The notes under the pieces are model-generated. The model did no database searches, was not told the DNA's origin, and worked only from the letters and a program-made list of their open reading frames with translations. The translations under genes and the position numbers were made by a program. Positions 1 to 8,651 of a stretch of DNA of 43,363 bases are shown here, piece by piece. Positions within the stretch are counted from its first letter, which is position 1. Every line of letters starts with the position of its first letter. This stretch comes from Bdellovibrionota bacterium FG-1 (GTDB taxonomy: Bacteria; Bdellovibrionota; UBA1018), in assembly GCA_051382295.1 (NCBI GenBank), contig JBBCAW010000028.1, positions 1 to 43,363 on the forward strand. The letters are read 5' to 3'.

Positions 1-594
1 ATTCCCTGCCACGATAGCGCATACATGAGTCATTGCCATAACAAGGGCTTCGTCGCCAGCGAAAAATCTCAAGCTACGCACTTTCTGAAAAAGGACACTG
101 ATGATTCGTTATTTGAGTCCCCTCCCGTGTCTGAGGACACCTCGGATGTAGTGACGGGTAGCAGGCGCAATTTCAGAGGTACGAAACTGGATTATGGAAA
201 ACGAGAGGCCGAGAATTCTCGGTTAGGAAAACAGGGAGAACTATTCGTTTTGGATGCCGAGCGTCGGCGACTGGCAAAAGCTGGCCACCAGGATCTTTCG
301 AACCGTGTCGAGTGGGTTGCGGACACTAAGGGCGATGGCCTCGGATATGATATTCTTTCGTTTACCCTTGAAGGCGAAGAAACATTCATTGAGGTAAAGA
401 CCACAAAATATGGAAAATTTTTTCCATTTTATGTGACGGAGAATGAAGTCCTATTCTCTGAGTTCCGTCCAGCACAATTCTTGCTGTACCGACTATTCGA
501 CTTCCCTGAGCGTCCTAGGATCTTCGTTCTCCAAGGTAGTCTTCGCGTGACATGCCGATTAAAGCCTACGGACTACCAAGCTACTGCCCTTTGA
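1..594 (+). CDS. DUF3883 (NOV C-terminal, PD-(D/E)XK-like) domain protein, probably 5'-truncated by the window edge
   Basis: GELFV..ERRRL...VEWVAD..GDGLGYDILSF...FIEVKTT motif; frame is open from base 1. Confidence 0.85.
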   Translation: MPCHDSAYMSHCHNKGFVASEKSQATHFLKKDTDDSLFESPPVSEDTSDVVTGSRRNFRGTKLDYGKREAENSRLGKQGELFVLDAERRRLAKAGHQDLSNRVEWVADTKGDGLGYDILSFTLEGEETFIEVKTTKYGKFFPFYVTENEVLFSEFRPAQFLLYRLFDFPERPRIFVLQGSLRVTCRLKPTDYQATAL

Positions 595-732
595 TTCTTC
601 CGCGCAAAATTTCACTGGCTCCTTAAGCCGGTATGCTTCGCTGCTACTTCGTTGCCGATAACCTGATACTCGGAGGTAGTATTCGAAGGTTTGCTGCCGC
701 TAATTACCCTAATTCCTCTTGCAGGGCGAGGG

Positions 733-1101
733 TCAAGGCGTGGCAGATTTGGACCTTCGAAGAATCTCGTAAATCGTCCGCCGGTCCCATCGGCCAGCCC
801 GGTTCTTAGTTGGTATGCCTTCCTTGTTCGCCCAATGGGCCAGCTTGGCGTAAGAGTACCCCTGCACTCGTAATTCATTTAGCTTCGCGATGACTTTCTG
901 TTCGCCAAGGTGTGGGACGACGCGGCCATCGTGGATCCGCTCACCATACGCTAGCTGGGATTTCCGGTAGTGCGGCAACCCGTCCTGGCGCAGCTCGACT
1001 CCGTGCTTCAGCAAGTACTCAACCACGGTCGATCGGACGCACCCGATCTCCTTGGCAATTTGAGCCGTAGACTTCTGCCTATCTACGTACTCCTGCGTCA
1101 T
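733..1101 (-). CDS. HTH plus recombinase DNA-binding domain protein lacking a serine catalytic domain
   Basis: STAQIAKEIGC..STV HTH, then LAYG...GYSYAKLAHWANKEGIPTKN..GRWDRRTIYEIL recombinase-domain motif; frame stays open upstream to about 1236. Confidence 0.7.
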   Translation of the reverse strand: MTQEYVDRQKSTAQIAKEIGCVRSTVVEYLLKHGVELRQDGLPHYRKSQLAYGERIHDGRVVPHLGEQKVIAKLNELRVQGYSYAKLAHWANKEGIPTKNRAGRWDRRTIYEILRRSKSATP

Positions 1102-1209
1102 AAAATCCTTATCAGTGAACCAGTTGTAAGAAGAAAACGGCTCTGATAGCTTTACTCGGGCATGGGGACCACGCTGGAGTTTATCGCCTCTTGAAGTACC
1201 CCAATTTTC

Positions 1210-1238
1210 GGGGAGTCCTTTTTGGGCTCCCCTTTTTT
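1210..1238 (+). terminator. Rho-independent terminator-like hairpin
   Basis: GGGGAGTCC-TTTTT-GGGCTCCCC stem-loop followed by TTTTTT. Confidence 0.65.
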
Positions 1239-1444
1239 ATTTGTAGTTCCAAGTACTTGAAATGATTCAGCCCGAATCTCAACAGCTTCCGATTCTCACA
1301 AGATCTCACTCCAAATCACAGGACTAAGCTATCAAAAAGCTATCACTTTACTATCAAGTCACAAGAAGTTTTCGCATTTTTCGCCGATTCCCAGCCAAAT
1401 AAGCCATGATCTCAATGAGTTCTAATCGAAATATATTGCATTTT

Positions 1445-1468
1445 TGTAGTACCAAATGTAGTACCAAA
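1445..1468 (+). repeat. 12-bp tandem direct repeat (TGTAGTACCAAA x2) overlapping a putative promoter
   Basis: Exact copies at 1445-1456 and 1457-1468; TTGCAT-N17-TAGTAC ends 6 nt before ATG 1471. Confidence 0.75.
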
Positions 1469-1470
1469 TT

Positions 1471-2487
1471 ATGCCAATTACCAAAGCAAATACAGCACTT
1501 TATAGCAATGTCCGCAGCATCCTGGATCAAGCCCGTGGAAAAGTCCATAAGACCATCAACTCAATCATGGTCCAAGCCTATTGGCATGTAGGACGGCTAA
1601 TCATCGAAGAAGAGCAAAGAGGGAAGAACAGGGCAAATTACGGCGAATACTTGCTGGAGTTTTTGTCCAAGAAGCTCTCGAAGGATTTCGGCAAGGGGTT
1701 CTCCATCACAAATCTCAAGAACATGCGCCTGTTCTACCGGGCGTTCCCAAAACGTCAGACAGTGTCTGACCAATTGAGCTGGAGCCATTATCTGATTCTG
1801 ACCAGAATCGAAGACCCCCAAATGCGGAGCTTCTACCTGAAGGAAACTATCAACGCTTCCTGGTCAGTTCGAGAACTGGAACGGCAAGCCGCCTCCCTTT
1901 TATACGAAAGACTGGCACTGAGTAAAAATAAAAAAGCTCGCACCCGCCTTGCCCAAAAGGGACACGAAATCACCTCTCCGGCCGATCTTGTGAAAGATCC
2001 CTATGTACTAGAGTTTTTGGGTATCAAGCCGGCGGCACTGATGTACGAAAAAGAACTCGAAACCGCCCTCATTGATCACTTACAGGAATTTTTACTTGAA
2101 CTGGGAAAAGGATTCACCTTTGTTGGAAGACAGCAACGCCTCACGATTGAAGGTGATCATTTTTTTGTCGATCTCGTTTTTTACAATCGTGTCGCAAAAT
2201 GTTTTGTTTTAATCGACCTGAAATTGGGAAAACTGACACATCAGGACATCGGTCAAATGCAGATGTATCTGAATTATTTCAAACGCACCGAGCGTCTTGC
2301 CGGTGAAAACGAACCCATAGGCATTCTCCTCTGCTCCGAAAAAAACGATACTGTCGTTAAATTCACACTTCCAGAGGGAAAAAGAGAGATTTTTGCCTCC
2401 AAATACAAACTGACTTTACCCACCGAAGTTGAACTCAAAAAAGAAATTATAAAAGAGCGCAAGCTGCTCGACACTAAGAAGCACTAG
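1471..2487 (+). CDS. YhcG/DUF1016 PDDEXK nuclease-domain protein (copy 1)
   Basis: YWHVG, NLKNMRLFY, LSWSHY, WSVRELERQ, KDPYVLEFL, FLLELGKGF, DLVFY, IDLK, PIGILLC. Confidence 0.95.
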   Translation: MPITKANTALYSNVRSILDQARGKVHKTINSIMVQAYWHVGRLIIEEEQRGKNRANYGEYLLEFLSKKLSKDFGKGFSITNLKNMRLFYRAFPKRQTVSDQLSWSHYLILTRIEDPQMRSFYLKETINASWSVRELERQAASLLYERLALSKNKKARTRLAQKGHEITSPADLVKDPYVLEFLGIKPAALMYEKELETALIDHLQEFLLELGKGFTFVGRQQRLTIEGDHFFVDLVFYNRVAKCFVLIDLKLGKLTHQDIGQMQMYLNYFKRTERLAGENEPIGILLCSEKNDTVVKFTLPEGKREIFASKYKLTLPTEVELKKEIIKERKLLDTKKH

Positions 2488-2489
2488 TC

Positions 2490-3188
2490 ATGCATCTTGT
2501 CAGACATTTTCGAGAATATTTCAAAATCGTCAAATCCGTCCGTGAGGGAATCAAGATTAAGTCGATTACAGTTCACTACGTCGGGAAGCTCACGTTTGCT
2601 GAGCGGGAGCGGCTCAAGATCCTGCTCAAGGAAGTCCGCACCAAGAAGGATCTCGCCGCCGCTCTCAAGCAAACTAAGGACTCATCTCTCAAGGTCGTGG
2701 AAGCCGGCCCCGTCCATGAAGCGGGCAGCCAGAAGAATAAAGTGAAGCTCGTGGCGGTTAGGGAGGGGGTCTACAAAAAGGTGATCGACCAAGACTGGTT
2801 GAAGCAAGCCTACCTCAAAGACAAGATGGGGGTGGGTCAGATCGCTCAGATTTTAGGACTGGGAGAAGATCGGGTCCGGGACCACCTTGAGAAATTAGGT
2901 ATTACAGCTCAGGAGCGAATTAAGCTTGCCCATGTCCGCAATGAACGCACCCATCTTGCTTTTGGATGGCATGTCATAAATGGGCAGAAGGTCAAAGACC
3001 CCACCGAATGGGAGGTCATCGAGCAAATGACCAAATGGCGGAATATTGATGAGCTTACTTTTGATGCAATTGCTGACAAGCTCACCAAAATGGGCGTGGC
3101 TGGTAAGCTGGGGGTCGTAATTTGGGATCGGGGGAGCGTGCGGCGGGTTATTCTTCGGAACTCGAAGAGAGGTCCAAAATTAACCTGA
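2490..3188 (+). CDS. HTH plus recombinase DNA-binding domain protein, paralog of 733-1101
   Basis: WLKQAYL..KMGVGQIAQILG, LAFGW...TFDAIADKLTKMGV..K...WDRGSVRRVILR; no catalytic serine motif. Confidence 0.65.
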   Translation: MHLVRHFREYFKIVKSVREGIKIKSITVHYVGKLTFAERERLKILLKEVRTKKDLAAALKQTKDSSLKVVEAGPVHEAGSQKNKVKLVAVREGVYKKVIDQDWLKQAYLKDKMGVGQIAQILGLGEDRVRDHLEKLGITAQERIKLAHVRNERTHLAFGWHVINGQKVKDPTEWEVIEQMTKWRNIDELTFDAIADKLTKMGVAGKLGVVIWDRGSVRRVILRNSKRGPKLT

Positions 3189-3498
3189 CTGACAATGGCG
3201 TATTCAAAATATGTTCGATGCTTTGTACGACCCTTTCTTGTCCATTGTGTTTCACATACCACGGGTACTTTGCTTTCAGCATCTTATGCGTAATCTTCTT
3301 TTCATCTGCAAGTTGCTGCAATGGGGTTTCTCCTCCATCATCCTTAATTCGATCCACAGAAGGATGATCGAACGCCTCTGCCCTTCCTGCTCTGGAAATG
3401 TAATGCAGAGGCGTTCTCCCTATAAAGTCCCGGATCTTACCTGACGATGATTGACTGCATTCATGAGATTCGTTCCTCCGTTGGGAACTTGGTCTCAC
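3148..3498 (-). CDS. Ankyrin-repeat-like fragment, possibly a remnant
   Basis: GRTPLHY and DDGGETPLQQLA ankyrin-like motifs; start uncertain. Confidence 0.4.
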   Translation of the reverse strand: MRPSSQRRNESHECSQSSSGKIRDFIGRTPLHYISRAGRAEAFDHPSVDRIKDDGGETPLQQLADEKKITHKMLKAKYPWYVKHNGQERVVQSIEHILNTPLSVRLILDLSSSSEE

Positions 3499-3969
3499 GG
3501 TTTTTCAACTTACGTCAGACGGGGGCGGCAGAGTCTTTACGATCTAAAGGGAAACTGGCTATGGCAGCGACTTCCGGAGAATGAGGCTTTAGAGTTGACC
3601 AAAGCTGCAATGGATCTGTCGGTGGCCTTTGCGGATATGGACGTGGAGCCCACAACCACAGCAGTCGAGAGTACAAACTCTGAAAAGGTACGGCCGTGAC
3701 CTCGGTGGTTACCTGGTGAGAAGAAAATATCTTCGTCACGTTGGGCAGTGTGAGGCGCGGCGCCAAATTTTTAGACAGCGAATTTCGCAACTGGTGGCGG
3801 AGCCAAGGCCCTGACCACGAATAACAGGTCGTTCAGCTAAATTTATCGAAGCAGAAGAAGGAAGGAAAAAGACCGTAAATTTTAACTATTTGAATTTCAA
3901 CACACAAAAAAAGTCAGTTGAGGGCGTCCTTGCTTGATTTTTCACATAACAGGCATGGCTTTACTGCTC

Positions 3970-4746
3970 ATGATGAACAAGCCAGCATTGGCAGACCGTT
4001 ACATTCACCTTGGATCAGAAGATATCTGGACGTCAATGCTCTTTGGTGAGTTGCGCAAGCTTCCACCCGAGTTTTTACGGCGAATAATAAATCAAGCCGT
4101 TGGACATGAAGTTATCTTGGCTGACGAGCTGGACGCGGACCTGTGCCAAATAAAATGTTGGGAAAAGCTGGATCCACCGCTGGAGCGAAATCCCCGTGGT
4201 AGAAATGCAGATGATGGAACGGTCTCATTTTTTCAATTTGGCCCCAGTGCCCCCAAGGAAGGCCAAACTGAAGCAGACGTGATTATCCAGCTTGGGTCAC
4301 GGCATAGCCAGAACCGCTATCATACATTAGTTCTAGTGGAAATGAAGTGGCGCTCACCACCCGCAACAAAAACTTCGAATGATTCAAATCGCCATCAGAT
4401 GGTCAGAAATTTACAAGCCATTCTAAGGCTCTCTGAAAAATTAGGCTCTCGGAGAATGATCTGTATCCTTTGGGACAATAAATACGGGCCTGACCCGATG
4501 ATTCGCAGAATGCGAAACCCGACCACACTACGAACACTAGTGAAGGAACGTCATTTGTCCAATTTTTCTTTCGAAGAAGTGGCGGAGAATGTGGGCTGGG
4601 TAAACTATAGTCAGGTGAGAAACATTGTGGCTGAACTCGTACCTCAGATGCCAACAAGGATCGAGCGGATGGTGGCCAAAGACCTGCTCTTCTTATTGGA
4701 TGACCTTTTGGCACGAAGTGTGAGGCAAACTGAGCTACCGTTGTGA
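3970..4746 (+). CDS. PD-(D/E)XK nuclease-like protein
   Basis: SEDxxT..FG.L N-terminal motif, TEADVII...LVEMKW...HQMVRN; ORF track starts at 3934, ATG 3970 chosen. Confidence 0.6.
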   Translation: MMNKPALADRYIHLGSEDIWTSMLFGELRKLPPEFLRRIINQAVGHEVILADELDADLCQIKCWEKLDPPLERNPRGRNADDGTVSFFQFGPSAPKEGQTEADVIIQLGSRHSQNRYHTLVLVEMKWRSPPATKTSNDSNRHQMVRNLQAILRLSEKLGSRRMICILWDNKYGPDPMIRRMRNPTTLRTLVKERHLSNFSFEEVAENVGWVNYSQVRNIVAELVPQMPTRIERMVAKDLLFLLDDLLARSVRQTELPL

Positions 4747-4847
4747 GTGGAATCACAACTTCACATTCTGATTCGATTTATTACGGACACGTCTTCGGCT
4801 ACTCACTCCCAAGCGGGACACCAAGGTCCTTCCTGAGGAGTAACGGC

Positions 4848-5036
4848 ATGAGTATTGAGTGGAAGACGAAAGTAAAGATACGGAAATGTCTGCGATGCAA
4901 CAGTGAGTTTGAAAGTCGCAGATTGGATCATCGGCTTTGTAAAAGATGCCGGAACAAGTCGATGAAACAGTGTGCACCGCTTCTGGCCACCGGCTGCTAT
5001 CGTATAAAAAAGAAGAAGGCTCCATCAGGTTTTTAG
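4848..5036 (+). CDS. Small CxxC-CxxC zinc-finger protein
   Basis: RKCLRC...HRLCKRC; GAGGAG RBS before ATG 4848. Confidence 0.6.
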   Translation: MSIEWKTKVKIRKCLRCNSEFESRRLDHRLCKRCRNKSMKQCAPLLATGCYRIKKKKAPSGF

Positions 5037-5097
5037 ATTTCGAATCAAGACTTCAACTTCTGATTCGATAGTGTTCCCCTGTGACACCGCGTAATTC

Positions 5098-5454
5098 TTG
5101 CTCATGACTGAACTTACCGAGTTCGGTCAGTATATCAGGATTTACGGAGTGTTCTTGACAGTGAACGCGTTATCTAAAAAATGCACTACAGGCGGAGACG
5201 AGTTCCCTTTGGATGGCTTTTATTCAAAGGGAGATCGCTTAGATAGCGCGTGCAAGTCGTGTAAGCGCTCCAAACGGAAAGCTACATACGTAGTCCAGAA
5301 ATCCAAACAAACTTCTAAGCGTGCGCAGGACGTTTTAGGTAGAATCACTAAGTGCTTCGATATAATTTATCAAGCTGAGCACCGAGGATTGGATGGTTAC
5401 AATTACCGGCTCACGGAGATGATAGAAAGATGTCAAAAGCGCGCAACGCAGTAA
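5098..5454 (+). CDS. Hypothetical protein with degenerate zinc-ribbon, overlapping the recombinase start
   Basis: KKCTTG..FPL..FY.KG.RLDSACKSC; overlaps ATG 5430; start uncertain. Confidence 0.5.
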   Translation: MLMTELTEFGQYIRIYGVFLTVNALSKKCTTGGDEFPLDGFYSKGDRLDSACKSCKRSKRKATYVVQKSKQTSKRAQDVLGRITKCFDIIYQAEHRGLDGYNYRLTEMIERCQKRATQ

Positions 5455-7021
5455 GGTTTGATCGTGTGTCCACTGAGGACCAAAAGAGCGGGTTTTCGCT
5501 TGATGCGCAGAAAGCTCTCGGTGAGAGGTACGCTAAGGAACACCAATTGAATGTTCGAAGGGTATGGTCGGTTGGTGAATCTGCTTCCAAGGAAAAGGAT
5601 CGGCAAGAGTTCTTCGACATGATTGAATATGTCAGGGCCAATTCGATCAAGGATGTGATTTTTGATAAGGTTGATCGTGCTGCTCGTGGATTTAAGTCAG
5701 CAGACATGGTTGAGGGTCTCATCGAGGATGAGGGCATTAGGTTTCATTTCACTCGAGACCATCTGATTATTGACAAGGATTCTCCGCCGCAGGAGAAGTT
5801 TCGGTTTTCCATGGGAGCGATTCTTGGAAAATATTACATCGACAATTTGAAATCTGAGATTAACAAGGGATTACAAGCACGGCAGGATGTGGGCCTGTGG
5901 AATAGTAAAGCCCCATTCGGGTACAAAAACATTCGTACGGGAAAAGATGAGAAAGCTGTTGTCGTTGTTGACGAAGAGTCTGCTCCACTTGTGAGGCAAA
6001 CATTTGAACTCTACGCCACTGGAAATTATCCGTACACGCACTTCATGGATTTAATCAAAGCCAGGTTTCCCGATCGCGTGGTTACCAAGCGTTTGATTGA
6101 GGAGATGCTTGCTAACCCTTTTTACTATGGAGCAATGAGGGTTAAGGGACAAGTTCTGCAAGCCTGTCATGAAGCACTGATTGATAAAAAATTATGGGAC
6201 AGCTGCCAACGGATTCGTGGCATTCGGAGCGCCAATCACCGTGCACTCAGGACGGGTTCTATCCCAAAGCCCTTGATGAACCTCATGACTTGCGGAGCCT
6301 GTGGCCATACGGTTACGGGAGAGACCCACCTCAAGTCGAGTGGCAAACAGTACATTTATTACCATTGTGCCCATCACGGGTGCCCTGAGCGCAGGGTCAA
6401 TACCGCCAGGAGAAACTCTTTGAGCAGATCGGAGCAGCCTTCGAGCCTTTTGCTCGTTTCACGCCAAAGGCCACCCGTGCCTTTATTGAAAGTCTGGAGG
6501 GCAAGCTCCAGGATCTTGATCTTTACACCCAGAAGGCTACCGGGGAGCTGGCTGAGAAGCGGCTCGAGATCAAGGAGAAGATCACTAAGCTGGAGCAGCT
6601 ACATCGGGATGGAATCCTGACTGATGCCGAGTATCAGGAAGTAATCGCAGTGAAACAGGCCAGTTTGGACGAGGTGAAGGTCGAAATCGATGCCCACAAC
6701 GAGGCGGACCACAAAACCTTCAGGGAAGGCTTCAGGGTTATCGAACTCCTAGTGAAGGTCAGTAATTTTATGAAGTTAGAGGGAAATCAGCTAGAAAAAA
6801 TCCGCCTTGCAAAATTGGTCTTATCGAACCCAACTCTACAAGGCGGAACTTTACGATACTCTTACGAAAAACCGTTCGATGTCCTCTTAGATTTGACATC
6901 GAACGAAATTTGGTGGAGACGGCGCCCGCAGAATCATTCCGCATACTTGCGGCCCATTTTTTCCTATTGTAGGAAAAGCGGCTGCGTCATGCAAGCGCGA
7001 AAAAAAATGCGACACGTATAG
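5430..7021 (+). pseudogene. Large serine recombinase split by a -1 frameshift near 6404
   Basis: RVST..Q...SL..Q catalytic motif, DKVDRAAR, APFGY recombinase domain, CGACG/YYHC zinc ribbon; coiled-coil C-terminus continues in the frame of ORF 6650-7021. Confidence 0.85.
6911..6924 (-). other. att-core remnant: tmRNA/tRNA-Ala-type 3' end (CGCCGTCTCCACCA)
   Basis: TGGTGGAGACGGCG on plus strand; no T-arm follows; lies between the serine recombinase and the tyrosine-integrase element. Confidence 0.65.
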
Positions 7022-7030
7022 TGAGTTTGA

Positions 7031-7048
7031 GACATTTCGCGAAATGTC
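7031..7048. repeat. Perfect 18-bp palindrome GACATTTCGCGAAATGTC in the att-proximal region
   Basis: Direct inspection. Confidence 0.7.
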
Positions 7049-7065
7049 GGGAAATGTTTTTGCGA

Positions 7066-7380
7066 TCATGATGCAAGCCCTCTGATGATCGCGGAGACGG
7101 TTGAGAGTTCTGGATTGAAATTCTGTTTGCGGTCTACGAGGTCGTAAAGCGTCCGCCGACCAAGTCCCGCTTTTTTCGCAAGCTGCATTTTATTTGCGAC
7201 CATTAGATGCGCGGAAAGCACGTCGCGGAAGGATTCGAGATCCCCGGTCTTGATGCATTCAAGCAGGGTCTCAGCTACGAGCTTAGCGCTGCATAATTCT
7301 GGGCTCGAAAACGGAACATGGGCCTTTAGTGCGGGCTTTTTAGGCTTTTGTTTACCTTTTCGGTTCGACGTGGGCGACAT
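7066..7380 (-). CDS. Addiction-module antidote/HigA-like HTH protein with no adjacent toxin
   Basis: LLECIKTGD..SF...L...NKMQLAKKAGLGRRTLY.L....NPELSTVSAII; ATG 7380 chosen (ORF track starts at 7461). Confidence 0.75.
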   Translation of the reverse strand: MSPTSNRKGKQKPKKPALKAHVPFSSPELCSAKLVAETLLECIKTGDLESFRDVLSAHLMVANKMQLAKKAGLGRRTLYDLVDRKQNFNPELSTVSAIIRGLAS

Positions 7381-7385
7381 TACAT

Positions 7386-7418
7386 ACGAGTGTGCGCCTT
7401 GGCGCACGTTACTGTCAA
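7386..7418 (-). promoter_or_regulatory. Sigma70-type promoter with palindromic operator
   Basis: TTGACA -35 followed by GTGCGCC-AA-GGCGCAC (7392-7407) just upstream of ATG 7380. Confidence 0.55.
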
Positions 7419-7457
7419 GCGTGAGTTTTTGGAAAACCGCATGAAGTCCTGGTTCGG

Positions 7458-8609
7458 TCATTTACCGACTTCTTTGGAAGCGGTTTCCATCTCGGCTTCA
7501 AGTTGTTCCACGGTGGGAAGCTGGCCTTTGAGTGTCTCAGGCAGCGACTCCATGAGCTGCACACTGAATGACGACACGCCGATTGGCTTAGTCATGTCTT
7601 GGAGCGCGTATTCGACGACGTTCTTGTTCTTATTTTTGCAAAGAATGAGTCCAATGGTTGGATTATCGTCCTTGTGGCGGAGCGTTTTGTCGATTGCAGT
7701 GAGATAGAAATTCAATTTGCCCGCATACTCAGCCTTGAAGTCAGTCATCTTAAGCTCGATGACAACAAAGCAGCGGAGCTTAATATGGTAGAACAACAAG
7801 TCGATGAAAAATTCGTCACCACCCACTTCAACTCGATACTGGTTGCCGACAAACGAAAAGCCGACACCTAATTCAAGGAGGAATTGCTTGATGTGTTCAA
7901 GTAACCCCCGTTCCAGATCTTGTTCGTGCGCCTTGCTTCCCAGGGTAAGGAAGTCGAAGCAGTAGGGATCTTTTAGAGTTTGTTGTGCGAGGTCAGAGTC
8001 GGGCTCGGGTAAGCGGGCCTTGAAATTTGTGAGAGCTTTACCTTGGCGTTGGTAGAGCTTGTTTTCAATTTGGATGACAAGAATTGTTCGACTCCAGCCA
8101 TGGGTGATGGCTTGTTGAACGTACCAAAGGCGTTCCTCGGGTTTGCTGACTTTCTCAAGAAGCGTGATGTTGTGATACCAGGGCAATTGTGCAAGTGCCT
8201 GCTGCACAAATGACCGTTTTGGGTACGCCACGGCAAATGCCCGCATATACTTCAGATTGCGCGGAGAAAATCCAGTCATGCTTGGAAACTCTCGACGCAA
8301 ATCCATCGAAAGGGAGTCGATCACTTTCGCTCCCCAGCCTTTTGCCGATTGTTTGGCGCAAATTGCGGTCCCCACGTCCCAATAGAGCATCACGAGATGC
8401 GTGTTGACCGAGACACTCGCAGAAATTTGCGAATGCTTGATTCTTGCTTTAATCGCCTCAAGAAAGGCCCCATAGGTATTCAATTGTGCAAGCGGCACTT
8501 GCACAAAGTTATCCTGTAAGATCATTGGGTTGCGACTATTGGCTTTTGTCCGTTTTGCGGCACTGGCAGGGCGTTTTTCCGCTTTCGCCTTCTTTTTGAT
8601 GCGTTTCAT
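7458..8609 (-). CDS. YhcG/DUF1016 PDDEXK nuclease-domain protein (copy 2)
   Basis: LYWDVG, GWGAKVI, GFSPRNLKYMRAFA, LPWYHN, KDPY.FDFL, FLLELG.GF, VIELK. Confidence 0.95.
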   Translation of the reverse strand: MKRIKKKAKAEKRPASAAKRTKANSRNPMILQDNFVQVPLAQLNTYGAFLEAIKARIKHSQISASVSVNTHLVMLYWDVGTAICAKQSAKGWGAKVIDSLSMDLRREFPSMTGFSPRNLKYMRAFAVAYPKRSFVQQALAQLPWYHNITLLEKVSKPEERLWYVQQAITHGWSRTILVIQIENKLYQRQGKALTNFKARLPEPDSDLAQQTLKDPYCFDFLTLGSKAHEQDLERGLLEHIKQFLLELGVGFSFVGNQYRVEVGGDEFFIDLLFYHIKLRCFVVIELKMTDFKAEYAGKLNFYLTAIDKTLRHKDDNPTIGLILCKNKNKNVVEYALQDMTKPIGVSSFSVQLMESLPETLKGQLPTVEQLEAEMETASKEVGK

Positions 8610-8651
8610 ACGTTGCTCCAAATCCTATAAAAAAGCTTTATCATCGTTCGT

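Noticed and set aside
1160..1209. Possible tRNA 3' remnant before the terminator
   Set aside because: No recognisable T-arm; similarity too short to call
3451..3814. Short ORFs between the ankyrin fragment and the nuclease gene
   Set aside because: No recognisable motif and conflicting overlapping frames; cannot be supported
6395..6425. Programmed ribosomal frameshift in the recombinase
   Set aside because: No X XXY YYZ slippery site at the junction; a simple deletion or sequencing error is more likely
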